Below, piece after piece: positions 49,165-62,862 of a DNA stretch of 64,000 bases; within the stretch, counting starts at the first letter, position 1; each line of letters starts with the position of its first letter. Location: positions 234,114,001-234,178,000 of the forward strand of contig NC_086097.1 of NCBI RefSeq assembly GCF_963921235.1, read 5' to 3'. The notes beneath the pieces are model-generated. The model saw nothing but the letters and a program-made list of their open reading frames with translations, had not been told where the DNA came from and made no database searches. The DNA comes from Mobula hypostoma (lineage: Eukaryota). The position numbers and the translations under genes were made by a program.

Positions 49165-49630
49165 AATAGAAAAGAGGTGTAAGCAGAGCAGCCATTGCTG
49201 GAGTGGGCAGTGTTAGAGTGATCTGGCTTTGGTTCAAAAGACTTAAACATGTTCAGACATAGGCTCTATGTAAGTTTAGAATTTTTTTTAAATCTCTGTT
49301 AGTATGTAGCTAATGTGCTGAGAATGGCCAGAATTAGTGGTATTTTCCTTTTATGAGATGTGGGAAATTTGGGAGACCTCCAGTCTTCTTGAGTGCACTG
49401 AGCTGCAGCTCTTAGAGACCATGTTAAGGAAATGGAGCTGCAGCTCAGTGACAGTTGGCTCATATGGGAGACTGAGGAGGTGATAGGTAAGAGCTACAGG
49501 AAGGTTGTCATCCCTATGCTGTAGAAGCCAGGAACCTGGGTGACTTTCAGAAGAGGGAAAGGGAATAGGCAGCCAATGAAGAATACTCCTGTGACCATTC
49601 CCCTGAAAAATAAGTATACCACTTTGAAAG
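49165..49630 (+). mobile_element. CR1 5' UTR/ORF1 N-terminal remnant
   Basis: Translates across shifts as MWEI..CTELQLL..VKEMELQL..ETEEVIGKSYRKVV, the CR1 ORF1 zinc-finger/leucine-zipper region. Confidence 0.6.
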
Positions 49631-49655
49631 CTCCAGCACTGTGATGTCTTTTTTA

Positions 49656-50334
49656 GATTATGAGGACACTCAGTCCCCGTTTTTTGTCATTTAGAAATAC
49701 ATACATGCATTAAGAAATGATACAATGTTCCTCCAGAGTGATATCACACATAAACAGGACAAACCAAAGACTAACACAGACAAAACCACATAATTATAAC
49801 ATATAGTTACAGCAGTGCAAAACAATACCATAATTTGATAAAGAACAGACCATGGGCACGGTAAAAAAAAGTCTCAAGTCCCGATTGACTCCTATAGTTC
49901 CCGATAGCAGGCGGCAAAAAGGGAGAAACTCCCCTGCCATAAACCTCCAGGCACCGACAACTGCCAACTGCTGATGCATTGGAAACACCCGACCACAGCT
50001 GACTGAGTCCGTATGAAAACTTTGAGCCTCCGCCCAGCCCCTCCAACACAGCCTCCCGAGTGCCAACCTCTGCCGAGCGCCTTCGACCTCGTCCCACCCA
50101 CCAAAACAAGCAAAGCCGAGGACTCAGAGGCCTACTCCTCCGGAGATTCCGGACCACACAGTACCAGCGGCAGTGAAGCGGGCATTCCAGAAATTTCTCC
50201 AGATGTTCCTCCCTGCTCTCACGTCTGTCTCCATCAAATCAGAAATATGCACGGTACCCTACTTAACAAATACAGGTAACATTCCGGAGTGGCTGCGCAC
50301 GCTGCGTCGTGCCACCATCTTCTCCTCCTCCTCC
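49656..50334 (-). mobile_element. Non-autonomous non-LTR element, copy 2 (full length)
   Basis: GGAGGAGGAGAAGATGGTGGC head on the minus strand and a CCTCATAATCT tail. Confidence 0.78.
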
Positions 50335-50597
50335 TTGACCATGGGCATGGTAAAAGAAAGTCTCAAGTCCCGATAGCCCCATCATCTCACGTTTGAAAAT
50401 TATTCATGGGATTCAAGTATGGACACAAATTTGGGATGCTGAAACTGCTTCAAATGCTATGAAAATGTATGACAAATAGTTACAATACCTCTCTGCCTTG
50501 TTCTAAGGTAAACTGCTAGAAAACATGGAAACATTTAATAGGAGATAAGCTGGTTGTTTGTCTAACTTCAACAATAAACAAGCCAGATATTTGTCTC

Positions 50598-50737
50598 AAA
50601 CAAGAGAAAATCTGCAGATGCTGCAAATCCAAGCAGCACACTCAAAATGCTGGAAGAACTCAGTAAGGCCAGACAGCAACTATGGAAAAGAGTACAGTCG
50701 ATGCTTCAGGCCGAGATCCTTCGGCAGGACTGGAGAC
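50598..50737 (-). mobile_element. Penelope tail with decayed hammerhead
   Basis: The minus strand reads AGTC-CTGCCGA-AGGATCTCGGCCT-GAAGC-ATC-GACT, followed by the full tail. Confidence 0.8.
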
Positions 50738-51116
50738 AAAATTGTCTCCAGTTTTCCTACCTTACTATCCTCATTGAGTGACAGAAAGCTGCTATGTGCT
50801 GAGGTGCCTCAGGAAAACAGCCTATAAAATCACAACATTAAGTCAGAAGGCCTGAAACAAATAAGACTTTCCACTTCTTTATCACTTCTATGCTCAATGG
50901 ATGTTCACCTTGAAGGTTTAGCAACTGCTGTTAGCAGCGACAAGCCTTGAGCCATCAAGCCAATTCCAAATCTCCAGGCTTCATGCAACATAAAGAACAA
51001 GATGTATTTATATGTTTGAAAACGTCTCAGTGTGCTTCATGGAAATATGATCAGCACAGAGCCAAAGGTAAATATCATTGCATGCATATTGGCTGACATC
51101 TCACTGAAAGTTTCAG

Positions 51117-51804
51117 GAGGAGGAGAAGATAGCGGCGTGACGCAGCTCGCAGCGGCCACTCTGGTGAATGAAATCTGTTATCTGTCAAGTAGGGTGCCAT
51201 GCACAATCCTGATTTGATGGAGACAGACGTGAGAGTAAGGAGGAACATCTGATGAAATTTCTGTAATGCCTGTTTCACTGCCGCTGCTAATGTGTGATCC
51301 AGCATCTCCAGAGGAGAAGGCCCCGAGTCCTCGACTTCGCTTGTTGCTTGGCGGCTGGGGCAGGGTCGAAACGCTTGGTAGAGATGGTGCTCGGTGCTCG
51401 GTGTTGGAGGGCTGCTCGGAGGCTTGAAGTTTTCAGACAGACTCAGAGTCCGCTACGGTCGGATGCTTCCAATGGTGCTGCATCCGCAAGTTTGCAGCGC
51501 TTGGAGGTTCATGGCAGGGAGAGTTTCTCCCTTCTACCTTCTGCGTGAGATGATGGGACTATCAGGACTTGAGACTTTTTTTTTTACTGTGCCCATGGTC
51601 TGCTCTTCATCAAATTATGGTATTGCTTTGCACTGTTGTAACTATATGTTATGATTATGTGGTTTTGTTAGTTTTAGTCTTGGTTTGTCCTGTGTTTTCT
51701 GTGATATCTTTCTGGAGGAACATTGTATCATTTTTTAAAGCATGCATTTCTAAATGACAATAAACGAGGACTGCGTGTCCTCATAATCTAATCTAATCTA
51801 ATCT
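51117..51804 (+). mobile_element. Non-autonomous non-LTR element, copy 3 (full length)
   Basis: GAGGAGGAGAAGATAGCGGCG head, AATAAA, (AATCT)4 tail; TSD TGAAAGTTTCAG / TGGGAGTTTCAG. Confidence 0.8.
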
Positions 51805-53072
51805 TGGGAGTTTCAGCAATTCTCATCCCAACAGCAAAGAGCAACTATTGTAGTTCCCATTTCCCTGCCTGTTGCTAATAATACCGAAACTTTGATCTTG
51901 GTCTCATCCATTGAGAGAGAAACAAGCTGGGCATTTGCTCTGCACTTGCATGGTAAACTCATGATAAAAATCTCTACTGGATGCACAGAGGTTCAGCTGA
52001 TGTTTACCCTTAGCTTTGAATGGACAGCACACCTGCCTGAGAAGGTCATGGAGGTAAGTATTCTGACAGCTTCCAAACAATTCTGGCCACACACTTCAAT
52101 CACCAAGGCAGAGTAGTCTGATATGTCAGTGGAGTAAAGAAATTCAGTGGAATGAGAGAAGAGTTGGTCAAGGTAAGTTGGAAGGAGATACAGGCAGGGA
52201 TGACAGCAGAGCAGCAAAATGGCTTAGGTTTCTGGGTAAAAATGAGGAAAGTGCAGGATAGATGTATTCCAAAAACAAAGAAATACTCAAATGGCAAAAT
52301 AGTAAAACCATGACTGACAAGGGAAGTCAAAGCCAATGTAAAAGAGAGGGTATAAAACAAAGCAAAAATTAGTGGGAAGATGGAGGATTGAGAAGCTTTT
52401 AAAAACCTACAGAGAGCAATTAAAAGGATTATTAGGAGGGAAAAGATGAAATATGAAAGCCAACTAGCAAACAATATCAAAGTGGTATTGAAAGTAAAAG
52501 TTTTTTCAAGTATGTAAAAAATAAACTAGAGATGAAAGTGGATATAGGACTACTAGAAAATACGGCCTTAGAAATAACAATGGGGGACAAGGAGACAGAA
52601 GATGACTAAATGAGTATTCTGCATCTGTATTCACTGTGGAAGACACTAGCTGTGTGCCAGATGTTGAAGGGTGTGAGAAAAGAGAAGTGAGTGCAGTTAC
52701 TGTTACAAGGGAGAAGGTGCTCAAAAAGCTGAAAGACCTAAAGGTACATAAGTTACACTGACGAGATGAACTGCATCCCAGGGTTTTGAAAGAGGTAGTG
52801 GTAGAGATTATGGAGGCTTTAGTAATGATCTTTCAAAAATCATTGGATTCTGGCATGATGTCAGAGGACTGGAAAGTTGCAAATGTCACTTCTATGTTTA
52901 AGAAAGGAAGAAGACAGCAGAAAGGAAATTATAGACCAGTTATTCTGAACTCAGTGGTTGGGAAGATGTTGGAGCCAATTGTTAAGGATGAGGCTATGGA
53001 GTACTTGGCGACACAGGACAAGATAGGACAAAGTCAGCATGGTTTCCTTAAGTGAAAATTTACTTGACCAAG

Positions 53073-53729
53073 TGTATCCAGAGAGCCATGCCTGTCACGG
53101 CTCAGCACTGCCCTCTACCTGGTCGGAAGGCATACCACATGCCAGTCCCAACATTTCACCCCTCCCAACTTATCAATACACACTTAACCATTGGCCACCT
53201 TAATTTGATTAACCCATCTAGCAACAAGCTGTTGGCCCCCCAAGTGAATCAGCTGGGCTGGACCCTCCAGCCCCCTGACCTAAAAAGGGTGCTATATGTG
53301 CTTGGCTCGCTCTCTTTTTTGCCATCCTCGAGGGACCACCCTGCTTCACTCCAGGCTGAAGACTACAGAACAGCGCTGCAGACACGTGGTAAGCTGTGCA
53401 TTGAATAGGGTTTTGGGAGCGTTTATTGTTGTCCCTGTAGCAGAGAGCCGTGCCTGCCCATAGTCAAGGGATGGCAGGTATCGTAGTTACTTTTCCCTTG
53501 ATTGTATATGTACCTGTACTCTGTCCGTACACCGTTTTCCATGTATTGTACTGCTGACCTGACTTTTCCCACGCTCGTCTATTCTTAGCGCGTTTGTGCG
53601 AATATTGTAGTCGCTTGTGTTGTCCCCAAGCTCTGTTCCCCTTGTAAATAAACTCCTTATTGTTAAAACTGTGTGTCCAGAATCCTTGCCTTTGAGACCC
53701 AAAGAATCTGTCTCATTTCCATCACAACA
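53073..53729 (+). mobile_element. Solo LTR (657 bp)
   Basis: TGT...ACA termini, TSD CCAAG/CCAAC and AATAAA at ~53647. It interrupts CR1 RT at the CLTN motif. Confidence 0.75.
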
Positions 53730-56145
53730 CCAACCCGTTGGATGTCTTTGAGGAGATTACGAGTAGGATAGATAGGGAGATACAGTGAATGTTGTATATT
53801 TGGACTTTCAGAAGGCCTTTGCTAAGGTGCCAAACATAAGGTTGCTTACTAATTTAAGAGCCCATGGAATTACAGTAAAGTTACTTGCATGGTTAGAGCA
53901 TTTGCTGATTGGTAGGAGGCAGCAAGACGTAATAAAAGGATCCTTCCCTGGTTGGCTGACCATGATGGGTGGGGTTCTGTAGGGGTCGGTTTTGGGACCA
54001 CTTCTTTTAATGCTGTATATCAATGCTTTAGATGATGAAATAGGTGGCTTTTCTGCCAAGTTCACAGATGATATGAAGATTGGTGGAGGACCAGGAAGCG
54101 TTGAGGAAACATAGGCTGCAGGAGAACTTAGACAGATTAGGAAAATGAGCAAGAAAGTGGCAAATGAAATACAATGTTGGAAAATGCATGGTCATGCACT
54201 TTGGTAGTACCATAGAACCATAGAACATTACAGCACAGAAACAGGCCTTTTGGCCCTTCTTGGTGGTGCCGAACCATTTCTCTGCCTAGTCCCACTGACC
54301 TGCACCTGGACCATATCCCTCCATACACCTCTCATCCATGTACCTGTATAAGTTTTTATTAAATGTTAAAAGTGAGCCTACATTTACCACTTCATCTGGC
54401 AGCTCATTCCACACTCCCACCACTCTCTGTGTGAAGAAGTCCCCCGACCTGATGTTCCTTTTAAACTTTTCCCCCTTCACCCTTAAACCATGTTCTCTGT
54501 TTTTTTTTTCTCCCCTAGCCTCAGTGGAAAAAGCCTACTTGCATTCACTCTATCTATACCCATCAAAATTTTATATACCTCTATCAAATCTCCCCTCGTT
54601 CTTCTACGCTCCAGGGAATAAAGTCCTAACCTATTCAACCTTTCTCTGTAACTCAGTTTCTCAAGTCCTGGTAACATCCTTATAAAACCTCTCTGCACTC
54701 TTTCAACCTTATTTATATCCTTCCAGTAATTTGGTGACCAAAACTGAACACAATACTCGAAATTCGGCCTCACCAATGCCTTATACTACCTCACCATAGC
54801 ATTCCAACTCTTATACTTAATACTTTGATTTATAAAGGCCAATGTACCAAATGCTCTCTTTACAACCCGATCTACCTGTGACACCACTTTTGGGGAATTT
54901 TGTATCTGTATTCCCAGATTCCTCTGTTCTACTGCCCTCCTCAGTGCCCTACAATTTACCTTGTATGTTCTACCTTGGTTTGTCCTTCCAACATGCAATA
55001 CCTCACACTTGTCTATATTAAACTCCATCTGCCATGTTTCATCCCATTTTTCCAGCTGGTCCAAATCCCTCTGCAAGCTTTGAAAACCTTCCTCACTGTC
55101 CACTACACCTCCAACCTTTGTATCATCAGCAAATTTGCTGATCCAATTTACCACATTTTCATCCAGATCATTGATATAGATGACAAATAACAATGGACCC
55201 AGCACTGATCCCTGTGGCACGCCACTAGTCACAGACCTCCACTCAGAGAAGCAATCCTCCACTACCACTCTCTGACTTCTTCCATTGAGCCAATGTCTAA
55301 TCCAATTTACTACATTTCCATGTATACCTAGCTACTGAATCTTCCTAACTAACCTCCCATGCGGGACCTTGTCAAAGGCCTTACTGAAGTCCATGTAGAC
55401 AATATCCACTGCCTTCCCTTCATCCACTTTCCTGGTAACCTCCACAAAAAACTTTAATAGATTGCTTAAACATGACCTACCACACACAAAGCCATGTTGA
55501 CTCTCCCTAATAAGTCCCTGTCTATCCAAATACTTGTAGATCCTATTTCTTAGTACTCCTTCCAATAATTTACCTACTACCGACGTCAAGCTTACCAGCC
55601 TATAATTTCCTGGATTACTTTTCGATCCTTTTTTAAACAACAGAACAACATGAGCTATCCTCCAATCCTCCAGCACCTCACCCGTAGATAGTGACATTTT
55701 AAATTATTCTGCCAGGGCCCCTGCAATTTCAACACCAGTCTCCTTCAAGGTCCGAGGGAATACCCTGTCAGGTCCTGGGGATGCATCTACTCTGATTTGC
55801 CTCAAGATAGCAAGCAACTCCTCCTCTTCAATCTCTATAGGTTCCATGACCTCACTACTTGTTTGCCTTATTTCCATTGGACTCCATGCCAGTTTCCTTA
55901 GTAAATACAGATGCAAAAAAAACCCATTTAAGATCTCCCCCGTTCCTTTTGGTTCCATACATAGCTGACCACTCTGATCTTCAAGAGGACCAATTCTATC
56001 CCTTACCATCCTTTTGCTCTTAATATACCTGTGGAAGCTCTTTGGATTATCCTTCACCTTGACTGCCAAAGCAACCTCATGTCTTCTTTTAGCCATCCTT
56101 ATTTCTCTCTTAAGTATATTTTTGCACTTTATTTGCTCCATTTCC

Positions 56146-57272
56146 TATACATAGAAACATAGAAAATAGGTGCAGGAGTAGGCCATTCGGCCCTTCGAGC
56201 CTGCACCGCCATTTATTATGATCATGGCTGATCATCCAACTCAGAACCCCGCCCCAGCCTTCCCTCCATACCCCCTGACCCCCGTAGCCACAAGGGCCAT
56301 ATCTAACTCCCTCTTAAATATAGCCAATGAACTGGCCTCAACTGTTTCCTGTGGCAGAGAATTCCACAGATTCACCACTCTCTGTGTGAAGAAGTTTTTC
56401 CTAATCTCGGTCCTAAAAGGCTTCCCCTCTATCCTCAAACTGTGGCCCTTCGTTCTGGACTTCCCCAACATCGGGAACAATCTTCCTGCATCTAGCCTGT
56501 TCAATCCCTTTAGGATCTTACACGTTTCAATCAGATCCCCCCTCAATCTTCTAAATTCCAACGAGTACAAGCCCAGTTCATCCAGTCTTTCTTCATATGA
56601 AAGTCCTGTCATCCCAGGAATCAATCTGGTGAACCTTCTTTGTACTCCCTCTATGGCAAAGATGTCTTTCCTCAGATTAGGGGACCAAAACTGCACACAA
56701 TACTCCAGGTGTGGTCTCACCAAGGCCTTGTGCAACTGCAGTAGTACCTCCCTGCTCCTGTACTCGAATCCTCTCGCTATAAATGCCAGCATACCATGCG
56801 CCTTTTTCACCGCCTGCTGTACCTGCATGCCCACTTTCAATGACTGGTGTATAATGACACCCAGGTCTCGTTGCACCTCCCCTTTTCCTAATCGGCCACC
56901 ATTCAGATAATAATCTGTTTTCCTATTTTTGCCACCAAAGTGGATAACTTCACATTTATCCACATTAAATTGCATCTGCCATGAATTTGCCCACTCACCC
57001 AACCTATCCAAGTCACCCTGCATCCTTTTAGCATCCTCCTCACTGCTAACACTGCCACCCAGCTTCGTGTCATCCGCAAACTTGGAGATACTGCATTTAA
57101 TTCCCTCATCCAAGTCATTAATATATATTGTAAACAACTGGGGTCCCAGCACTGAGCCTTGCAGTACCCCACTAGTCACCGCCTGCCATTCTGAAAAGGT
57201 CCCGTTAATTCCCACTCTTTGCTTCCTGTCTGCTAACCAATTCTCCACCCACACCAATACCTTAACCCCAAT
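56146..57272 (-). mobile_element. CR1 5'-truncated copy, young subfamily, open RT C-terminal frame
   Basis: ~340 uninterrupted codons including FADDTK; ATACAT repeated at both junctions. Confidence 0.93.
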
Positions 57273-57990
57273 ACATGTCATACATCTCTCTGTTCTTCTT
57301 TATCAGAGTTAATATATCCCTTGAGAACCAAGTTTCCTTATTCTTATTCACTTTGCCTTTAATTCTGACAGGAACATACAAACTCCGCACTCTCAAAATT
57401 TCTCCTTTGAAGGCCTCCCACTTACCAATCACATCCTTGCCAGAGAACAACCTGTCCCAATCCATGCTTTTTAGATCCTTTCTCATTTCTTCAAATTTGG
57501 CCTTTTTCCAGTTTATCACCTCAACCTGAGGACCAGATCTATCTTTATCAATGATCAAGTTGAAACTAATGGTGTTATGGTCACTGGAACCAAAGTGTTC
57601 CCCTATACATACTTCCATCACCTGTCCTAACTCGTTTCCTAATAGGATATCTAATATTACATCCGCTCTAGTTGGTACCTCTATATTTTGATTTAGAAAA
57701 CTTTCCTGAACACATTTTACAAATTCTAACCTTAAAAACTCTAGACCTTTAACAGTATGGGAGTCCCAATCAATATGTGGAAAATTAAAATCCTCTACTA
57801 TCACAAATGTATGTTTCCTGCAGTTGTCTGCTATCTCTGTGCAGATTTGCTCCTCCAATTCTCGCTGACTATTGAGTGGTCTATAATACAACCCCATTAA
57901 TGTGGTCATACCTTTCCTGATTCTCAGCTCCACCCATATGGCCTCGGTAGACAAGCCCTCTAATCTGTCCTGCCTGAGCACTGCTTTAAC

Positions 57991-58806
57991 TGTCATGGTC
58001 CGGTCTGAAGTCCATATCCCAGTTCACGGTCCGGTCCGTGGACTCTGGGCTCCGGGTCTTCCAGATGCCCCTTGTTTCGGTTGGACTTAAACATAAGCAC
58101 CTGATGCTCATCTTGGGGCTGGGAATATATGTGGCCTTGGGATCGAGTGTGGTTGCTGGGTCATCTTGTCAGTCTCCCCTTGGAGCAACCCACTGGTGGA
58201 AGGCTAGTGTGGTCATTGAGATAAGGACTTGGTTGTTCCATAGTTCACTGAAGTTACTGGCCACCTTGAGTCTTGGAGCCACCTTGGACCTAGCTCCCTT
58301 CCTGTCCCTTGCATCTGTCAGGTAAGCCAGGCTGCTTGCCGTTACCCTGTGATTGGTTCTGTCCCTTCCTGTCCCTTGCCTCTGTTGGGTAAGCCAGGCT
58401 GTTTGCTGTTACCCTGCGGTTGGGTCTATCCCTCCTGGTACTTGCCTCTGTGGGGTGGAGTCCTGTGTCCTACCCAGGAGTTGCCTTGAAGTACCCTTGC
58501 CCTGTCATGCCCTTGTTGAGCTTCCAGGAACCCGAGCCTCGTCACGTCTTTGCCTGGTTTTGTGGTCCGAGCCCGAGTCAAGACCCAGGTTCTGGGTCCT
58601 CGTCCGGTCTCTGGCTCAGAGTCCACGCCCAGGCTCCTTGTTCCCAATTGCTTGTCCTGGTCTTGCATCCCTAGCCTAGTCTGTGTTTCTGTCCCCACTG
58701 CTTGTCTGCATCCTGTCCCGTCATTTAATTTTGTCCATTCCTGTTCCTTGTACTTCAGGGTCTGTGTCTTGCTTTTGGGCCCATTTCCAGCACCCACCTT
58801 CTGACA
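57991..58806. mobile_element. Solo LTR (816 bp)
   Basis: TGTCA...TGACA termini and 5 bp TSD TTAAC/GTAAC inside the CR1 APE domain; internal ~70 bp direct repeats. Confidence 0.85.
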
Positions 58807-60479
58807 GTAACATTTTCCCTGACGAGCAATGCCACCCCCACCCCCGCCCTTCACTCATCTGCCTCTATTGTATCTGAAACATCGGAACCCTGATACATGA
58901 AGCTGCCAGTCCTGCCCCTCCTGTAGCTGTTTCACTAATGACTATAACGTCATAATTCCATGTGTCAATCCACACCCTCAGCCTGTCAGCCTTCCCCACA
59001 ATACTCCTTGCATTGAAATAGACACACCTCAGAAGATTATTACCACCACACACAACCCTTCTATTTGTGACTTTGCATGAACTTTTAACATCATTTATTT
59101 TCACCCCCGCTCCACTATCTGCTCTGGTTCCCATCCCCCTGCAAATCTAGTTTTGTAATAGAGGAAAATGTGCAGACCATTTTCTAAATTGGTTGGAATT
59201 CCAAAAATCTGAGATAAAAAAGGACTAGGAAGTCCTTGTGCAAAACACCCTAAAGGTTAACTTGCGGGTTGAGTCAGTGGTGAGGAAGGCAAATGCAATA
59301 TGAGTGTTCTTTTCAAGGGGTCTTGAATAGAAGAGCAGGGATGTGAACTTGAGGCTTCATAAGGCACTGGTGAGGCCTCACCTTGAGTATTGTGAACATT
59401 TTTGGGCTCCTCATCTAAGATTCCTGATTCCAGGAATGAAAGGGTTATCATATGAGGAATGTATGATGGCTCTACATCTGTACTCGGTAGAATTTAGAAA
59501 GAAGAGGGTGGGGATCTCATTGAAACCTTTCAAATGTTGAAAGGCCTAGACAGAGTACATGTGGAAAGGATGAAAGGATGTTTCCCATGGTGGGGGAGTC
59601 TAGGACAAGAGGGCACAGCTTCAGTATAGAGGGATGTCCATTTTAAACAGAGATGCAAAGAAATTTCTTTAGGCAGAGGGTAGTGAATTTGTGGAATTCA
59701 TTACCACAGGCAGCTGTGGAATCCAGGTTGTTGGGTATATTTAAGGCAGAGCTTGATAGGTTCTTGATTGGACATGGCATCAAAGGTTACAGGGAGTGAG
59801 GATGAGGAAGGGAAAACAGGATCAGCTGTGAATGAATGATGGAGTAGACTCAATGGACCTAATGGCCTAATTCTGCTCCCATGTCTTATGGTCTAAATGG
59901 GATTGATGTGGAATGGCAAGGATTTAGTGGGGCAAAGGGCCTATTTCTGTGCTGTTTGATTCTATGACTTTATGAGAACCTTATTTATATGCATATCATT
60001 TAAAAAAAAAATCTCAGGGCTTTCAGTGTAAAATTGCTCTTATTAATCTTCAATGGATTGTTAATTTAAACTACTAGAAGTTATTTAAAGTTTTATGGAG
60101 CATTATAGTATCTCATAAGTTTTAAATATTTCATTTTTAGCATTGTAAATTCCTTTTGTTTTTTGTTTGAGCACTGAATAGTTGGATTGGTAAAGTGGAG
60201 ATTGAATGGAAACAACTCAAGGCCATGTGTACGGGAGTGAGGTGTGAGTTGTCTTCAGGTAGTTTGAGAAATGTGTTCTAGAGGTTCGGATGAGTGTGTT
60301 TATAGAGATATGAGAATGGGCAATTGCCCAGCAGAGCACAGGAATAGCTAAGCTTTGAAGTGACTGAAGCATGGTTTAAAGTCAAACTTTTAATGGCTGG
60401 CACAGTAAGTGAAAACAGATGGTGTTCTGGAGGTTGACTTTGTAAGGGAGACAATATGAGACCGCAAGATCAGATCAGA

Positions 60480-60893
60480 CTGACATTGTAAGAAATCGGG
60501 ACCACAAGAAACTGCAGAGAGTTGTAGATGCAGTTTATGGCATTGTGGTAACCAGGTTCCCATTCATGAAGTCTACCTATGCTTCTCACTGCCTCAGCCA
60601 AACAGCTAACATAACCAAAGACCCCACCACCCTGGGTATTCTCTCCTCTTCCCACCTCTCACTGGGCAGTAGATACAAACACCGGAAAGCATGTACCACC
60701 AGGCTCAAGGACAACTTGTTAAAAGACGACAGCTTACCTCATTATTTTTGCTCTCTTTTTGCACTACTTGTTTAATTAAAAATTTTAATATCTATTTCTT
60801 TTTGTAATTAGTAGCATTTTATGCATTGCACTGTACTGTTACTGCATATGTCAGTGATAGTAAACCAGATTCCGATTCTCATTCTGATTCTGA
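60480..60893 (+). mobile_element. Rex1/Babar-type 3' fragment
   Basis: KKLQRVV..IT KDPTTLG..GSRY..TTRLKD remnants; (GATTCT)n tail. Confidence 0.65.
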
Positions 60894-61349
60894 AGACAAT
60901 TGAACAATCCCTGGTACAATAAGTATGGAAGCCTGAACTCTGAATTTACCTTGTTATGGTGTTAACTTTCTCTGTAACTGGAACATTTCATTCTGCATTC
61001 TGTCAATTGTGTCCCCCTCACCCTATCTCAGTGTATTCATGCGATGAAATGAGCCTCATGAAGAACAAAGTTTTTTACTTGATCCCATGTGACAATAATG
61101 TTAAAGATGCCGCTTTCTTTGTGCAGCAGTCCTTATAGATGTGCTCAATAGTGGGGATGACTTTTCATGCAATGGACTGGGCTGTATCCATCACTTTTTG
61201 TAGCCTTTTCTGTTCTTAAGCATTGGTGAATTCATAACAGTCTATGATGCAATCAGTCAGGATACTTTTCTCGGTGCATCTATAGAAGTCTCTCAATGTT
61301 TACGCTTGCATTCCGAATCTGCGCAAGCTCCTACGAAAGTAGAGGTGAA

Positions 61350-61705
61350 TTGAATGAGGCCATTGGGCCCATTGAGTCTGTTCCACCAATCAATCATGGC
61401 TGAGTTATTATCCCTCTCAACCCCACTCTCCTGTCTTCTACCCATAATCTTTGACACCTTTACTAATCAAGAACCTACCAACCCCTGCTTTAAATTTCTC
61501 CAATGACTTGGCCTCCATAGGCATCTGTGACAATGAATTCTACAGATTCACCACACTCTGGCTAAAGTAATTTCTCCTCATCTCTTTTCTATAGGGACAT
61601 CCTTCTATTGTGAGGCTATGTACTCTGGTCCTAGACTCCCCCACTATAGGAACATCCACTCTATCTAGGCCTTCTAACATTCGATGGGTTTCAATGAGAT
61701 GCGCT
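61350..61705 (-). mobile_element. CR1 3' fragment
   Basis: LEGLDRVD..ESRTRVHSL..FSQSVVNL. Confidence 0.82.
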
Positions 61706-62145
61706 TTCAGTGAATAGGTAAACATCGTCCTGTTGAGCAAGGCAAAGAGTAATTGGAGTATGGGGAGATGAGGTGCACTGATTTTATTTGAAGAAGAAAT
61801 AAAAAAAGAATCAGCTTGTTTTACCATAGTTTGGAGGAGCAAGCGTGACAACTTTACAACAGCTACAGCCTACCTGGGAAGGAAATAAAATGATTCTCCT
61901 TTCAGCAGCTTGCCTTTCAGATGGAAAGAATTCCAGTGACATCTTCAGTTACGAATGATGTTCCTCAAGGTCGACAGGGGAGTTAATGGGGATAAGCTCC
62001 CACTACCTATTAAATACTCCCAAAGCAATGCAACTCACATTGTTTCTAACAACCAAGTCCAGCTCCTGCCTTCATATGTGGCTTGGTTACTAAGCCCGCT
62101 GGAACCATTTCTACTGACAGAAGGGGCAAAGGCAGATTACCAACA

Positions 62146-62862
62146 CTAAGACCAAAGAGCTGATTGTGGAACACAAACCAATCTTCACAGGGATCAGCAG
62201 TGGAGTGAGTGAGCAATTTCAAGTTCCTGACTGTCACTGTCTCTGGGGATATAACCTGCTCCCAAGGTATTGATGCAGTCAGAAAGAAGGCAAGTCAGTG
62301 GCTATATTTCATCAGGAGTTTGAGGAGATTTAGTTTGTCACTTAAAGCACTTGAAAACTTCCGCAGATGTACCAAGGAGAGCATTCTGAGTGGCTGCGTC
62401 ACCATCTGGTACGGGGAGGGGGACTACTGCACAGAATCAAGCTAAGCTGTAGAGAGTGGTAAAATTAATCATTTCCATCATGGGTTCTGGCCTCCATAAT
62501 ATCCAAGACATCTTCAAGGAGCGGTGCCTCAGAAAAGTGGCTTCCATCATCAATGACCCCATTACCAGGACGTGCCCTTTTCTCACTGTTACCATCAGGA
62601 AGGAGGTACAGAAGCCTGATGGCATACACTCTCTAATTCAGGAACAGCTTCTTCCCACTGCCATTCAGAATTTAAATGGACATCGAACCCATGAACACTA
62701 CCTCAATACTTTCTTTAAAATTTCTCTTTCTGCTCTAATTATCTTAATCTAACTATTTAACATACATATTTACTGTAATTCAGTTTCTATATTTATCATG
62801 TATTGTACCGCTGCTGCAAAGTTAACATATTTCATGACTTATACCGATGATATTAAAACCGG
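62146..62862 (+). mobile_element. Rex1/Babar-type LINE, RT C-terminal fragment
   Basis: SNFKFL..KKASQWLYFIRSLRRF..CTKESILSGCVTIWYG, RCLRKVASIINDP. It appears to interrupt an RTE-like 5' fragment (61955-62145, 62863-63250). Confidence 0.8.

Larger units (their letters stand above)
54211..59152 (-). mobile_element. CR1 LINE with full ORF2 span (APE + RT), degenerate, doubly interrupted
   Basis: YFNARSIVGK (58865-59134), YYRPLNS..DFNFP..SDHN, SPGPD, NYRLVSLTS, SGVPQGS, FADDTK; tail CATAGAACCATAGAAC at 54211. Confidence 0.92.
52095..59895 (+). mobile_element. CR1 LINE (outer element of nested stack)
   Basis: ORF2 runs 52095-54210 (DWKVANV..NYRPV, YLDFQKAF, KFTDDMK), breaks after MHFG, and resumes at ~59153 to a 3' tail at 59895. 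Confidence 0.82.

Noticed and set aside
56218..56910. 230 aa plus-strand ORF with similar copies at 23124 and 43493
   Set aside because: Antisense shadow of the young CR1 ORF2; the similarity reflects copy identity, not selection.
58300..58420. Direct repeats GGTAAGCCAGGCTG with spacers
   Set aside because: Internal repeats of a solo LTR in a eukaryotic genome; not CRISPR.
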